Source of the DNA: Paraspadella gotoi
Taxonomy: Eukaryota; Animalia; Chaetognatha
Length of the DNA: 64,000 nt
Direction of reading: 5' to 3'
NCBI GenBank assembly: GCA_051294375.1
Contig: CM119265.1
Span: forward strand, 19,705,642 to 19,769,641
Positions 36,645-49,157 of the stretch are shown in pieces; position 1 is the first letter of the stretch, and each line of letters starts with the position of its first letter. The notes below the pieces were generated by a model. It was not told the origin of the DNA and did not search any database. It saw nothing but the letters and a program-made list of their open reading frames with translations. The translations under genes and the position numbers were made by a program.

Positions 36645-39600
36645 GAGGTGTAAAGATTTATGGATTTAATTTAATAAACTCTTTAGAAAGGTGTCCTATG
36701 ATTAGGGCTTTAATTTGATACCACATCCACCTTGCTACCCTCTTTTCTTTCAAAAGTTATTTAAAAAAAATAACGTTTAATCTTTGTTAAATAAAAATTT
36801 CGGCAAAGCGGGAGTATCTCACTTATTTCTGTTGGTACAATACTTAAATTTCAAAATAAAACTTGAAGAAATTTTTTTGTCATTTAGAGACATATCACTT
36901 TCAGATGTATGCATCGTATAATAATTTATTTTATTATTTCTCCCAAAAAAGCCTAATTAGAAAAGTTGAAATTTGTTTAAATTGTTGGAAAAAAATTTTA
37001 TTCCGATACTCTAATTAGCATTAAAAAACTATAGAATATAATATCAAAAAATAAAAAAAATCAGCCTCTAGAAAAAATCGAAAGGCTCGAGGCTGATTTT
37101 ATTAGAATTGCAAATTTTTTTTCCTGACTCATAATCCATTCTTTCAAGTTTCAAAATATTTTTTTCCAAAAATACATCATCAATTTTTTTTATTAATTTA
37201 AAATGTTTTTAATAAATTGTTATGATGTGTTTTTGTGAAAGAATTAAAAAAAGTGAAAATATAGTAATTATATAAGGTTTTTGAAAATACCTAATTAAAT
37301 ATAAATAATTAGACACAAGGGGAGTAAGCAGAGAAAACTTCCAATTCATAAGAAAATTGAAAATGAATTTGTCATATTGTTATTTAGATTAATTGACTAA
37401 TTACAAACAAATGATTACATAAATTGAGGAAATGATGGGTAAAAAATATTCATCTTGGTCTCGGGTTAACTATTAGGTTATCGTTAAAGTTTTGTTTTAA
37501 TAATATTAATATTTTTTTTGCATTTATAAAAAGCAATGGTCTAAAATTTTGTAAGCGTTTCGAGCTATATGCTTCATCTTTTTTACTATTTTTGATCTAG
37601 TTTAGCTTTTTTGTTGATGGTCAAGGGTTATGGTCAGATACAGATATGTCCAGTAGTATATATCGCACATATTACCAAGTAGTGATAATTATTTGGCTAT
37701 CAGAAACGATAAGGGAGCAAAATCCAGCAACGAGACCGTTTCGCCACGTTATTTTTCATTGTGTGATACATTTTTAACATAAGTGGGACAGACCGATGGA
37801 CAGACGTATCGACAGACCGACCGACAGACCGATCGAAAAGTGACTTATAGAGTTGCTCCGCAAGTACTCGTGGCGCAACTAAAAACAAAAGGACATTCGT
37901 TATCCTTTCTTTAATTCAACGCGACAATCGACTGTAAATTTTTGTTTTAAATTTTTATTTTTTTATTTCATTTAATTTCACGTGATCCTGAGTTCGATCA
38001 CCTCGATATTGAGCGTCAGGATCGTTTCGGTCGTCGTCACCGACATTAAATTTAAGTTTTTATCATTAGTAAGAACTTTTAATTATTAAAAATATTTCAA
38101 CTACGTCAATGTCATACCTACCTTTTTCTCCGCCTTCGTCATCGTCCTCCGCATCACAGTTTACGTCGTCATTATTGTCACCGTCATATTTTCGTCGTAA
38201 ATCAATCAGTTCGTTCTGATTGCCACCACCTCATAATAACTTCCCTCACCATATCGTCTCCACTCTTGACTTTATCACATCCCCGAACCGTCACTCCGAC
38301 CGACTCCATCACTTCCCCCGGCTCCCTTCACTTCCCAGCCCTTCGCCTGTCAGTTCCCCTCAGGCTTCGGACTCGGGGAAGAAAAAAAAAAGAAGTGGAG
38401 ATCTGCTTTTGCCTCCGAAGGATCTGGAACTTTGGACTGAAAAAAAAAACCAGATGCGATTCTTGAAGAAGGGGAGGGGGAGATGAGGGAGAGGGGGAGA
38501 GGGGGAGAGAGAGGGGTGAAGAGTCGGTGAGAGTGTGAACGCGTTGGGTGAAGCGAAAGAAGTCAGTCTGAGGAGAGAGTGGGACATTGTTTCGATAAAT
38601 AACTGGTGGAAGTTGGTAAACGTAATTCAGAATCGAGAATTTGGGAATTAAATAGTCATGAATAAAAGTCTGAGTTTAGAAAAAAATATTGAAATATCTT
38701 TGGCCTTAAAATAGAGATTATGTTTTCATTCCTTGAGAGTTTTACGATAGAATGTTTGATGTTCGTTAGCTTGAAAAGCTTACGAGTTCGAAAGAAATGA
38801 TAAACAATATGGCAACAAAATTAGTATTGGACGCTGATAATTCTGTATATTTTTTATATTTTTTTATTAGTTTGTATTCAATCTGTTTAAATATCGCGGT
38901 TAAACTTGTGTATTACGAAAACGGTTTTTCAACTCGGGTTAGAAACCTCATTTTGCCAACATAGACGTGGCTCTCCCATCGCCCATAGCGACCTCCTGCG
39001 TAGTTGCCTTCTTGTCTTCATTTCTTAACCTGAAAATTGCACCCATGAACTTCACTCATAAATCGCTCCGAGTTTCTTTCTTTCTCTCGCGCCCAAGCCG
39101 GGGTTCTCACCAAACCGTCACTCACTCGCCACACCCTCACCTCTCCTCACCTTCGCGTCCGACCGAGATGGTTTCTTGCATCCTCCCCCCACNNNNNNNN
39201 NNNNNNNNNNNNNNNNNNNNNNNNNNNNNNNNNNNNNNNNNNNNNNNNNNNNNNNNNNNNNNNNNNNNNNNNNNNNNNNNNNNNNNNNNNNNNNNNNNNN
39301 NNNNNNNNNNNNNNNNNNNNNNNNNNNNNNNNNNNNNNNNNNNNNNNNNNNNNNNNNNNNNNNNNNNNNNNNNNNNNNNNNNNNNNNNNNNNNNNNNNNN
39401 NNNNNNNNNNNNNNNNNNNNNNNNNNNNNNNNNNNNNNNNNNNNNNNNNNNNNNNNNNNNNNNNNNNNNNNNNNNNNNNNNNNNNNNNNNNNNNNNNNNN
39501 NNNNNNNNNNNNNNNNNNNNNNNNNNNNNNNNNNNNNNNNNNNNNNNNNNNNNNNNNNNNNNNNNNNNNNNNNNNNNNNNNNNNNNNNNNNNNTTATTTG

Positions 39601-41055
39601 TTTTTTTTTTTTGGTTAAAGTTAATATTCAAAAATCCAGATGCTGCTTTTAAAACATTTCGTAAACGTCACTTTGTTGTTTTCGTCTTCAAAAATGATTT
39701 TTAAAAAAACTACAAAATTTATTTTTTGATACATCGTGTTTATATTTTGTAATAAACTTGAAAAAGAAGAAACTCGTCGGTCGTTGCTTTGTGAGGTTTA
39801 TGAGAAAGAAAGTAAGAGCCCCTTCACCGAAACTCGAATCTGTANNNNNNNNNNNNNNNNNNNNNNNNNNNNNNNNNNNNNNNNNNNNNNNNNNNNNNNN
39901 NNNNNNNNNNNNNNNNNNNNNNNNNNNNNNNNNNNNNNNNNNNNNNNNNNNNNNNNNNNNNNNNNNNNNNNNNNNNNNNNNNNNNNNNNNNNNNNNNNNN
40001 NNNNNNNNNNNNNNNNNNNNNNNNNNNNNNNNNNNNNNNNNNTTTTTTTTTTATTGTTTACGTTATAACCGATAACGAGCTCGCGGGACATCCTCTTCCT
40101 CTTCCTCCTCCCCTTTAATCAACCACCCATTCTCCTCCACCTCCAAAACGCTGGACCTTACCCCCCTAATGATACCTAACCTTCCCTTTTTTCAAGTTCG
40201 GACGCACGACTTCCCTCTCATCCTCTTCTTTCTCTTCCTCTTCCTCCTCATTCGTTTCGTCCCTTCCTCTTCATCCTTCTTCATCCTCCTCCTCCTCCTC
40301 CTCCTCCTTCTCCCCATCTGCTCTTGCAGACCATCTCTCTCTCTCCAGAAAAAAATCGAACTCTCAATCCGAAATTTTCTCTCTCTCTATATATANNNNN
40401 NNNNNNNNNNNNNNNNNNNNNNNNNNNNNNNNNNNNNNNNNNNNNNNNNNNNNNNNNNNNNNNNNNNNNNNNNNNNNNNNNNNNNNNNNNNNNNNNNNNN
40501 NNNNNNNNNNNNNNNNNNNNNNNNNNNNNNNNNNNNNNNNNNNNNNNNNNNNNNNNNNNNNNNNNNNNNNNNNNNNNNNNNNNNNNNNNNNNNNNNNNNN
40601 NNNNNNNNNNNNNCTCCCTCTCTACCTTTGCCTTCCGTCGACTTTTTTCCTGGAGTTTTTATCCTCGAAAATTTTAACCAAAGAAGATTTTGTTGTTTGG
40701 TTCGACTTCGTTTCATCTTTCGAACTTCGTTTCAATGATTCATTCATTCATTTTTTTCGTTCGTTCGTTCGTGAAAATTCATTTGTTTATTATTTTCTTA
40801 AAAAATTACTTTTTTCTATTTTTTTCGAAAGATTTTTTTTTTTTAATTTTCACTAATTTGCCGCCTGGTTTACTGGCTTTTTCATTCGTCCAGTTGTTTG
40901 TTTGTTTTCATCTTTCTCTCTCTCTCTCTCTCTCTCTCNNNNNNNNNNNNNNNNNNNNNNNNNNNNNNNNNNNNNNNNNNNNNNNNNNNNNNNNNNNNNN
41001 NNNNNNNNNNNNNNNNNNNNNNNNNNNNNNNNNNNNNNNNNNNNNNNNNNNNNNN

Positions 41056-41087
<32 letters not shown>

Positions 41088-44000
41088 ATTCCCAAACTTA
41101 CCCACCTCCCATTTTACTTACCTTCGACCGGAAAGAGCCTTTCGTGCTCCGGTCGCCGTCGTCTCTCTAGTTTCTTCCTTTCGTTTTAAGAATTTGACTT
41201 ACCTAGACCAGAGCTCACCTTTTTTCGTCGTCGTCGTCGTCGTCGTCGTCAACCTCTCTTCGTCTCATGTTCCGATTTACACGCGAATCAACGAAACGAA
41301 ATTCGACGGAAACGAAATAAAAGCATTTTTCAAAAAACCATTTTTTTTCATTATTCTAAAATTTAAATCCACAAAAGCGAATGAAATAAAATCAAAAGCG
41401 AAAAAGAAATCTAAAAGAAAAAATATCCTAAAACAAAAAAAAATGAAAAAAAGAAGAAAATTCTGCGGGGTTTCTCCTTAAATCTTTTTTAAAAGAAAAA
41501 AAAATAAACAAAAAAAAACCTAACGTCGGGTTTAATTTATAATATCTACTTAGAAGAAAGAAGAACAAAATATTTTTTTTCCGCTCATTTAAATAATACA
41601 CGACGATATATATATATTTTTTCGTCTCTCTTCACCTTCGCGATTTGAGGGGCGGAGGTGAATTTTGACTCTCGGCGGGAGATCGGTCGGGGGGTGGAGT
41701 GGGTAGGAGAGTAGGAGAGTTGACGAGCGAAACCCCCCTCGAACATCAGCGAGGGGGTTAATAGAGGTGGGGGTAGAGAACGAACTCTCCCTTCGAGCTC
41801 GCCGGGATAAGGTATGGTGTGAGGCGTGCCATCGATTGCGGGGTAGATATCAAGACGGGGTAGTTCAGAAGAGATTCGCGTCCTGTTTCACGAAGTTCTC
41901 CGATTTAACGTGGAGTGGTGTTTGTGTCCTGAAGGGGGAATTGGGGTCCTCGCCCGTCGGAGTGGAGGGGGGTGAAGAAGGGGGGGAAAAGGACTCTCGC
42001 CCAAAGGGGGGATTATTTTTCTTGAGGGGAAAATCTTTCCTTCGTTCGTCTTGAGTTGAATCTCATCCATCATCGAGAAGAAAATGGGCAAAAAAAAAAA
42101 AAGGAAGGAAAGAATTAAAAATCGAAAAAAAATTTTTTATCACCGCCCAAAAAATATTAAGAAAAGAAAAAAAGTATTTTTTGGAGGGGAACTTTTGACT
42201 TATTGTTTTGAAGGCAATTTTAAAATTGTTAAAATTTTACGTTCTATTTTTCAAAACTTTTCACTACTTTTATTACAAAAGTCTTTCATCATTCTTAGCT
42301 ACGCTACAGATCTAATTCATTCGGCTTTTTTGTCGCTAAAGATTCCTTTTTCATCTTTTTTTCATTTTTTCATCTCTTTTTAACAGAGCCCATTTTTTTC
42401 CCTTCAATTTTTCTCTCCACCAAAAGTTGCCTCCAGTTCTCTTCCCTTTCAAAAAACTCTCTCTTTAACTCTTTCACTTTCACTTTTCAAAAGGTTCTCT
42501 CTTTCAACTGTTTCAGTCTCTCTTACCCTCCAAAAAAGGTTCTTTCNNNNNNNNNNNNNNNNNNNNNNNNNNNNNNNNNNNNNNNNNNNNNNNNNNNNNN
42601 NNNNNNNNNNNNNNNNNNNNNNNNNNNNNNNNNNNNNNNNNNNNNNNNNNAGAGAGAGAGAGAGAGAGAGAGACTTTTTTCCCCCCTCGCGTCGCTCGTT
42701 TCCGGTTCGCGTCAGACACGCGCGCGTTTACGACGGAAAAATGTGACGCGCGAATTCTGAGCGACATGGCGTGGCGGGAAAATTTTGGCGTGAGGTGGCG
42801 CAAGAACAAGCTAAGGCAGGGTTCCGCGACAGAGGATTTTTCCGCTAGGTGGCGAGGAGAATGTGTTAGAGATATAAAAATATCACCTAGAAAGAATTCA
42901 ATTTAAAATCGCATGCGATCCGTGTGTTCTTCCCGCGTGCACCAGCTGATCCATACTGAGTGAACCAACTAAATTCGACTTCATTTTCGACACATGAGCC
43001 ATAATTTGTTTTTTTCCCCTGTGACGCAACTAATTCTTTTTTATTTTCGGACGACAAGTTGGAAATAAATTCGCCTCATTCTCCATTCGATCGAATCGCA
43101 TTTTTTTTTCCTTCAACTTTGGCCAAAGACTAATTTTTTATCGCTCATGGCGAACCGTTTTTTTTTTCTTTAGTTTAATCGCACGAAAGTTCGCACGAAA
43201 ATTCGCACGAAAGATCGCACGAGGGTTTTTCGTTCGCCGTTCGCATGTTCCGCATTTTTCTTGCGCTTTTCTTTCCATTCTCTCTTTTCCTATTTTGACC
43301 TACTTTTCGTCGATAGTCGATTGATTTTCCGTCGCCATGGAAACGATTTTGCGAAGCCGGCGCCCGNNNNNNNNNNNNNNNNNNNNNNNNNNNNNNNNNN
43401 NNNNNNNNNNNNNNNNNNNNNNNNNNNNNNNNNNNNNNNNNNNNNNNNNNNNNNNNNNNNNNNNNNNNNNNNNNNNNNNNNNNNNNNNNNNNNNNNNNNN
43501 NNNNNNNNNNNNNNNNNNNNNNNNNNNNNNNNNNNNNNNNNNNNNNNNNNNNNNNNNNNNNNNNNNNNNNNNNNNNNNNNNNNNNNNNNNNNNNNNNNNN
43601 NNNNNNNNNNNNNNNNNNNNNNNNNNNNNNNNNNNNNNNNNNNNNNNNNNNNNNNNNNNNNNNNNNNNNNNNNNNNNTTTTTGTTTTATCTTTATCATGG
43701 AGGTTTTCTATACTCGTTTTGAGTTGATTATTCGTAAGAATCGTCGTCGTCGTCATCGTTTTCGTCGTCCACATCGTCTTTCTCTGCGCGCGCTCAAAGC
43801 AGACGCACAACACGACGATAGCGAGTTACAGCGTAATCTGCAATCCCGAGAAAGTTCTTCGTCACAATCGTCATCATCGTCGCCATGTTTACCATGACTG
43901 AGTTTCATCCACTTTTCTTTCTCACTTCGGATGTCCCGACAGATAATTTTCTTTTTCTATCTAATACGTAAATCCCAACATCCGTCAATCGTTCAACGGA

Positions 44001-44632
44001 ATCGAACGTATCAAAACTGAAAATTTCGCCGATATTAGTTCCTTCTTTTTTAATTCTTATTGTCTACATCCTCTACGCTAACCTTTAACCCGGAACATCC
44101 TGTGTTCGAGCGACCGACCAAGCAAACAGAGTCCCTCGACTTTGAGACCCGTTGTAGCAACCACTGAGTCAAAAGGAACTGCTTTCCGGAATCTAGTGCT
44201 CGACAGGAAATCGTCGATTGACGGAAAGAAATTCCTGGGCGCAGCTGCTGCTCGCGATTTTCCAATAATTTTTTTCCCTATGCGTTTCGTGCAATTTGAT
44301 TAAACCCGCTTTATTGCTCCAGAATGCATTAATAATAGTTAAAACCAGAGAGTGAATAACCGATTCGCGAGACAACTATTAAAAAAACCCACCGGGCGGT
44401 CTTGGATTCCAATTCATTCAGGAACAACGGGCTTCGTCTTGCTTCCGGCTATGCACGCTATTTTTTAATTCTTTCTCTTTAGTTTTAACAACGGTTTTTT
44501 TCGTTTCCGATTTTTTTGTATGTTTTAAAAAAAATATCATCGCGTTGTATTTTGTGTCTTTGCGTGATGGACGGCAAAAATTTTTTTGACGCATCGTCTA
44601 TTTTTAAATTCGTGCATTATAAATTTCTCTCG

Positions 44633-44694
<62 letters not shown>

Positions 44695-45759
44695 CTCTCT
44701 CTCTCTCTTGTAAACGATATTCCCGCCCAGTCGTTATTCAACATGCGTTTCGAATCTGCTCTCATACTTTTTTTAGATTTTATTTTTTTCCCCATTTCAT
44801 CCGTTCCTTTGCGATAACATAGAGACAAAAAAAAAGTTACGTTCGTATATATAAACATCACTGCTGTGTGCTAAGAATTTGAGAAAAAAGTATTTAAAGA
44901 AAATCATTTTTTTATATCTATATCTATTGAAATTGTTGCTGTACAATTTTTTTTTACATTTAAATTATCATCGACTCTCGGTTCCCAATTTCGAAAGAGA
45001 ATTTTTTGAGTTTAAAAAAAAAGAAAAAGAAAAAAATTAGGCGTTAAAATGAGAAGGAAAATAAAAAAAGGAAAGTTTGGGGGAAAAAAGATTGATTATT
45101 TTTTCGAAGCTTCTTGAATTCCTTCATGGGTATTTAGGGGAATCAGGGCGTAAGAGAGAGGAGAGAGAGAGAGAGAGAGGAGAGATAAGGGAGAGAGAGA
45201 GAAGATGAGAAGGAGAGAAGAGAGAGCGGGAAGAGGAGGGAGAGAGGAGAGAAAAGACAAGAAAGAAAGAAAAGCCAAGCAAGCTAAGCAAGCCAAGCAA
45301 GCAAGCAAGCAAGCAGCAAGAGCAAGCAAGCAAGCAAGCAGGGATTTTTTAATCTTTATTTCCTTTTTTTTCTCATCCCCATGATTTGTTCCTCTTTTTT
45401 TCTGAGAGGATGATTTTGGGCCGGGGCGAATTTTTCGATTAAAAAAAACAACTTTTTAATTCAAATTTCTAATTTCTTTTCTTTTTTTTAATTTCAGTAT
45501 TTTCCTACGGGATTCTGTAGACTGAACGCCGACATAAAAAAAAACCCGGATTATCTCCTCGGAAAATAATGCAAGAGAGTAAACATAAAAAACGATAAAA
45601 ATTCTCTCCACTATAGAATAAAATTTAAAAAACCAAAAAAACCAAAAAAAGATAAAAAAAACAACTGAGGAGGTCAAGAAAGGTCGACAACATCCACGAC
45701 CTCGAAACTTCGACCCGAAAACCCTAAACCCTAAAAAATGATTTCGCGATCGAAAATCT

Positions 45760-45950
45760 AAAACCGGAAGTGACGTGATTCGATCTCGACGCCACGTGAC
45801 GTCGTCGTCGCGTGACGCCGGCGTAGGGGGCGCGTTCTTGCTTCTGGACGACATCCGGATCGCGCCCTCGACCCACGAGCGCCGTCTGCGTTCGTCGGCG
45901 GCGCTTTTTTCTCGCGTTCTTCGACGGAAGAGTTCGTCTTGGAAGTGAAT
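45760..45950. promoter_or_regulatory. CpG-rich promoter-like patch with overlapping ETS-CRE motif and E-box
   Basis: CCGGAAGTGACGT at 45764-45776, CCACGTGACGTC at ~45792-45803 and further TGACG half-sites in a local GC-rich island. Motif evidence only. Confidence 0.3.
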
Positions 45951-46011
45951 CGAATCTTGTGAGTTAAAAACCTATTTGTAGATAAACTAATAAATTTCTA
46001 GTCTTTCCATT

Positions 46012-46103
46012 TTCATTCATTCATTCATTCATTCATTCATTCATTCATTCATTCATTCATTCATTCATTCATTCATTCATTCATTCATTCATTCATTCAT
46101 TCA
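46012..46103 (+). repeat. (TTCA)n microsatellite
   Basis: Perfect tetranucleotide run. Confidence 0.97.
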
Positions 46104-47004
46104 CTCAGTCTCCTTCTATTTGACGCCCTCTAGCGCCACGACGTCTTCTGCTTGATGTCCGCGCGCGTCTCAGCGCGTCTCAGCGCGTCTCAGTCCTTAC
46201 CTCAGACGCGTTTCTTTTCTTCTCAGGAGGAAACGAAATTCAAAAACCGTTATTCACTTTTCATTGGAGGATCTTCGCTTCCCTCCCTCGTCCAATCAGC
46301 GCTCGACCTGCGCCTATTCTCAACACTTCCCCTCCGCCCCCGAGTTTCTCAAATATCCGCGATGATGGCGACCCTCGTCTCGACTTTGGCGTCGCCGCAT
46401 AGAACTCTTCCGACNNNNNNNNNNNNNNNNNNNNNNNNNNNNNNNNNNNNNNNNNNNNNNNNNNNNNNNNNNNNNNNNNNNNNNNNNNNNNNNNNNNNNN
46501 NNNNNNNNNNNNNNNNNNNNNNNNNNNNNNNNNNNNNNNNNNNNNNNNNNNNNNNNNNNNNNNNNNNNNNNNNNNNNNNNNNNNNNNNNNNNNNNNNNNN
46601 NNNNNNNNNNNNNNNNNNNNNNNNNNNNNNNNNNNNNNNNNNNNNNNNNNNNNNNNNNNNNNNNNNNNNNNNNNNNNNNNNNNNNNNNNNNNNNNNNNNN
46701 NNNNNNNNNNNNNNNNNNNNNNNNNNNNNNNNNNNNNNNNNNNNNNNNNNNNNNNNNNNNNNNNNNNNNNNNNNNNNNNNNNNNNNNNNNNNNNNNNNNN
46801 NNNNNNNNNNNNNNNNNNNNNNGTTTGTTTTTCATCTTAAAACTAGTTTTTTATCTTCACTGATGTTTTTTTAATAAGACCTGACTGCGCACCGCATTTG
46901 TCCGTCTCTACGTCTCTTTCCAGTTCGTGACGGAATACCGATAAGTTTCGCTTATCATCATCTCATCAAAATTTTCCCTGGAAATAAAGTCATTGAAGAG
47001 ACAG

Positions 47005-47186
47005 TAATCATTGTTATGTGGTAGTGACAGAACCGTTCAATATAAGCAGTCCCTGAGCTTCGGATCAGGCTGTAACACCGTGTTACAGGCGGGTTAAGCG
47101 CCCCGTCCCGTGCAAGGCGACCACCGAGCTAGAACCCTGGACCTATTGGTTGGGAGGCGAAAGACTTGCCTCCGGCACCAATGGCC
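47005..47186 (-). mobile_element. tRNA-Gly(CCC)-derived SINE (head 47124-47186 plus body)
   Basis: Minus strand GGCCATTGGTGCCGGAGGCAAGTCTTTCGCCTCCCAACCAATAGGTCCAGGGTTCTAGCTCGG resembles tRNA-Gly (GCATTGGTGG...TCGCCTCCCA...GGGTTC). A-box-like and B-box-like motifs are present but the cloverleaf is broken. The 3' boundary is uncertain. Confidence 0.6.
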
Positions 47187-48559
47187 GCTGATGAACAGTT
47201 GGTTGATTTTAGTCCACCATATCATTCTTCTTTGAGAGATGCAAACCGTTTGATTCAGCTCGTTTTCTCATCCTTTGCCTAGGCCCTCGATCAGTCTCTC
47301 TCTTTTTTTTTTAAACTCCAAAGCTAAAAAACAAAAAACAAAAAAGAAAGACAACACGAAAGATGAACAATTTTTTTCGATAAATATTTTCGTTTCCAAT
47401 GACCCAGCGATATTTTCGAGGATTCCCAATGCACCGTCGCACTTCGAAACTCCCTCGTCGACTTTCCCCTCTTTCTTTCCACCTTCCTTCTTCTCCCAAC
47501 TTCTTTTTCATTCTACTTAATATTCCATCTCNNNNNNNNNNNNNNNNNNNNNNNNNNNNNNNNNNNNNNNNNNNNNNNNNNNNNNNNNNNNNNNNNNNNN
47601 NNNNNNNNNNNNNNNNNNNNNNNNNNNNNNNNNNNNNNNNNNNNNNNNNNNNNNNNNNNNNNNNNNNNNNNNNNNNNNNNNNNNNNNNNNNNNNNNNNNN
47701 NNNNNNNNNNNNNNNNNNNNNNNNNNNNNNNNNNNNTTTCCCCCTTTCCTCCCTCATCCCACCTCTCCTCTTTCCATCACCTCATCCTTCATTCTCCTCC
47801 CTCGACGAAAACATTTCCCTCGTTCGTCTTTACCTTTTCCGACGCCAGAAGCTAGGGACCTTCTTTTGCTATCCTTCCTTTGCTATCCTTCCTTTGCTAT
47901 CCTTCCCCTCAAAACCAAGATCCCTGCCCCGGTTCGATTCGTCATTCTCAATACCGTGACCCGGGTATTTGTATCCCAGATGCTGATCAATGCTGCGAGC
48001 AGACCCTTATCTTATGGTTCAATCTATAAATATTCTTTTTAACACTTTTGGAATTTCATTATTTAAACCTGTCCTTACCTATCCAGCGTAANNNNNNNNN
48101 NNNNNNNNNNNNNNNNGAGAGATTGGAGATTTGATGTTCGATCGGGAGATAGATCGAGTTCTCTCTTTTCCCAACCAGCGCCCATTTCGTTTTCTTTTTC
48201 TCCCGGAATTATTTGTAACCTTACATATTTAATTAATTAATCCTAAATATATCTTTTTTAACAATATTACATTACCCTAATCCCTAACACTAATCACTCT
48301 AACCTTAAATTTCAAAAAACCTTAGCCCCTTTATCCTTAATTTTTAACCCCTAACCTCTTTACATTGAATCCTTTACCTCACAATAATATTCATCATAAT
48401 AATCCATAAACCGTCATCACTTAACCTTACATAATCCATAACCTAAATCCCTAATCCTAACCTTTAATTTAATCTTTAACTTAAAAAAAAAACTTTATTC
48501 CAAATTTAAGATGAAATCTGGGCGTTCTGGGAAAATAAGGCCTTTTTTTCGCCCCCTGA

Positions 48560-48880
48560 ATCTGCCCATTGCTCTGATTGACTTTCCCATGATTGAAGAA
48601 GACGAAACCTTTTCTCTCCCAGCGGATCACCCGGTATCCAAATACCGTGCGTTCCGGACGGTTAAGCACCCGGTTACCAAGTCTTCGTGGCATCTCTTCA
48701 ACATGGCGAGCCTAACTTGGTGCCCACCGAGTACATCCACCGCTCTGCCCGAAGACTCAAAGAGACGCTCAAAAGTCTGAAACTGGTCTGTCTGGTCTCT
48801 AACAATTCATCGCGCCTTACCGCGTGACACCTTGGAAGTGGGCGCCCTTGCGTCAGGGCTACAATCTGTCACTCTGATGG
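48560..48880 (+). CDS. Probable cadherin-repeat exon(s) corrupted by read errors, or a degenerate copy
   Basis: One frame reads PGYQVFVASLQHGEPNLVPTEYI (cf. Y-x-L-x-V-x-A-x-D-x-G-x-P-x-L). Next, GAAGACTCAAAGAGACGCTCAAAAGTC approximates E-D-I-N-D-N-A-P-K-F codons with indels, and GTCAGGGCTACAATCTG approximates V-R-A-T-D-L. Lies in the noisy stretch after the 25-N gap at 48092-48116. Confidence 0.4.
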
Positions 48881-49070
48881 AATTGCATTTTTATATTCTT
48901 ATAACTAATGGAAATGTAATTAACAAACATATTATTTATCAGGGTTTCTTTTTGTTCATCTTTTGATTTTCTTTTTTTATTTTTAAGAAGTTGTTTATAA
49001 ATAAAACAAAAAATAACCGAAAAAAACGAAGCTTAATTCATTTCTTTTCTCCATTCCTTCTTTCATTTTC

Positions 49071-49157
<87 letters not shown>

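Larger units (their letters stand above)
33168..37765. mobile_element. Non-autonomous CAC-ended TIR DNA transposon (CMC/Chapaev- or Transib-like)
   Basis: Ends are GACACAATGAAAAATGGCGTAACG (33168) and the reverse complement of CACACAATGAAAAATAACGTGGCGAAACG (ending 37765). ATAC is duplicated at 33164-33167 / 37766-37769 (or ATA if the G at 33168 is a read error). No transposase recognised inside. Confidence 0.65.
32917..37885 (-). mobile_element. HINE/DINE-1-like element split by a 4.6-kb insertion (halves 32917-33167 and 37766-37885)
   Basis: The minus-strand 5' end is TTTTTAGTTGCGCC...GCAACTCTATAAG followed by a (GTCG/GTCT)n tract. The 3' end is GCGCAACACATTGGAATTACCGTTTTTGTTTT. Joining the halves reconstructs the 283-664 element at matching length across the junction. 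Confidence 0.75.

Noticed and set aside
43179-43223. Four 12-bp repeats TCGCACGAAA-x-x; CRISPR-like or other regular array
   Set aside because: A simple short tandem repeat without spacers, in a eukaryotic context; no CRISPR array or cas genes anywhere in the window.
44085-44167. Cadherin-like words PVFERP and SLDFET in one frame
   Set aside because: The motifs are only a few residues apart instead of ~55, a stop follows, and there are no convincing splice sites.
47929-48000. B-box GGTTCGATTC suggesting a tRNA gene
   Set aside because: No A-box or cloverleaf upstream; at most a SINE remnant.
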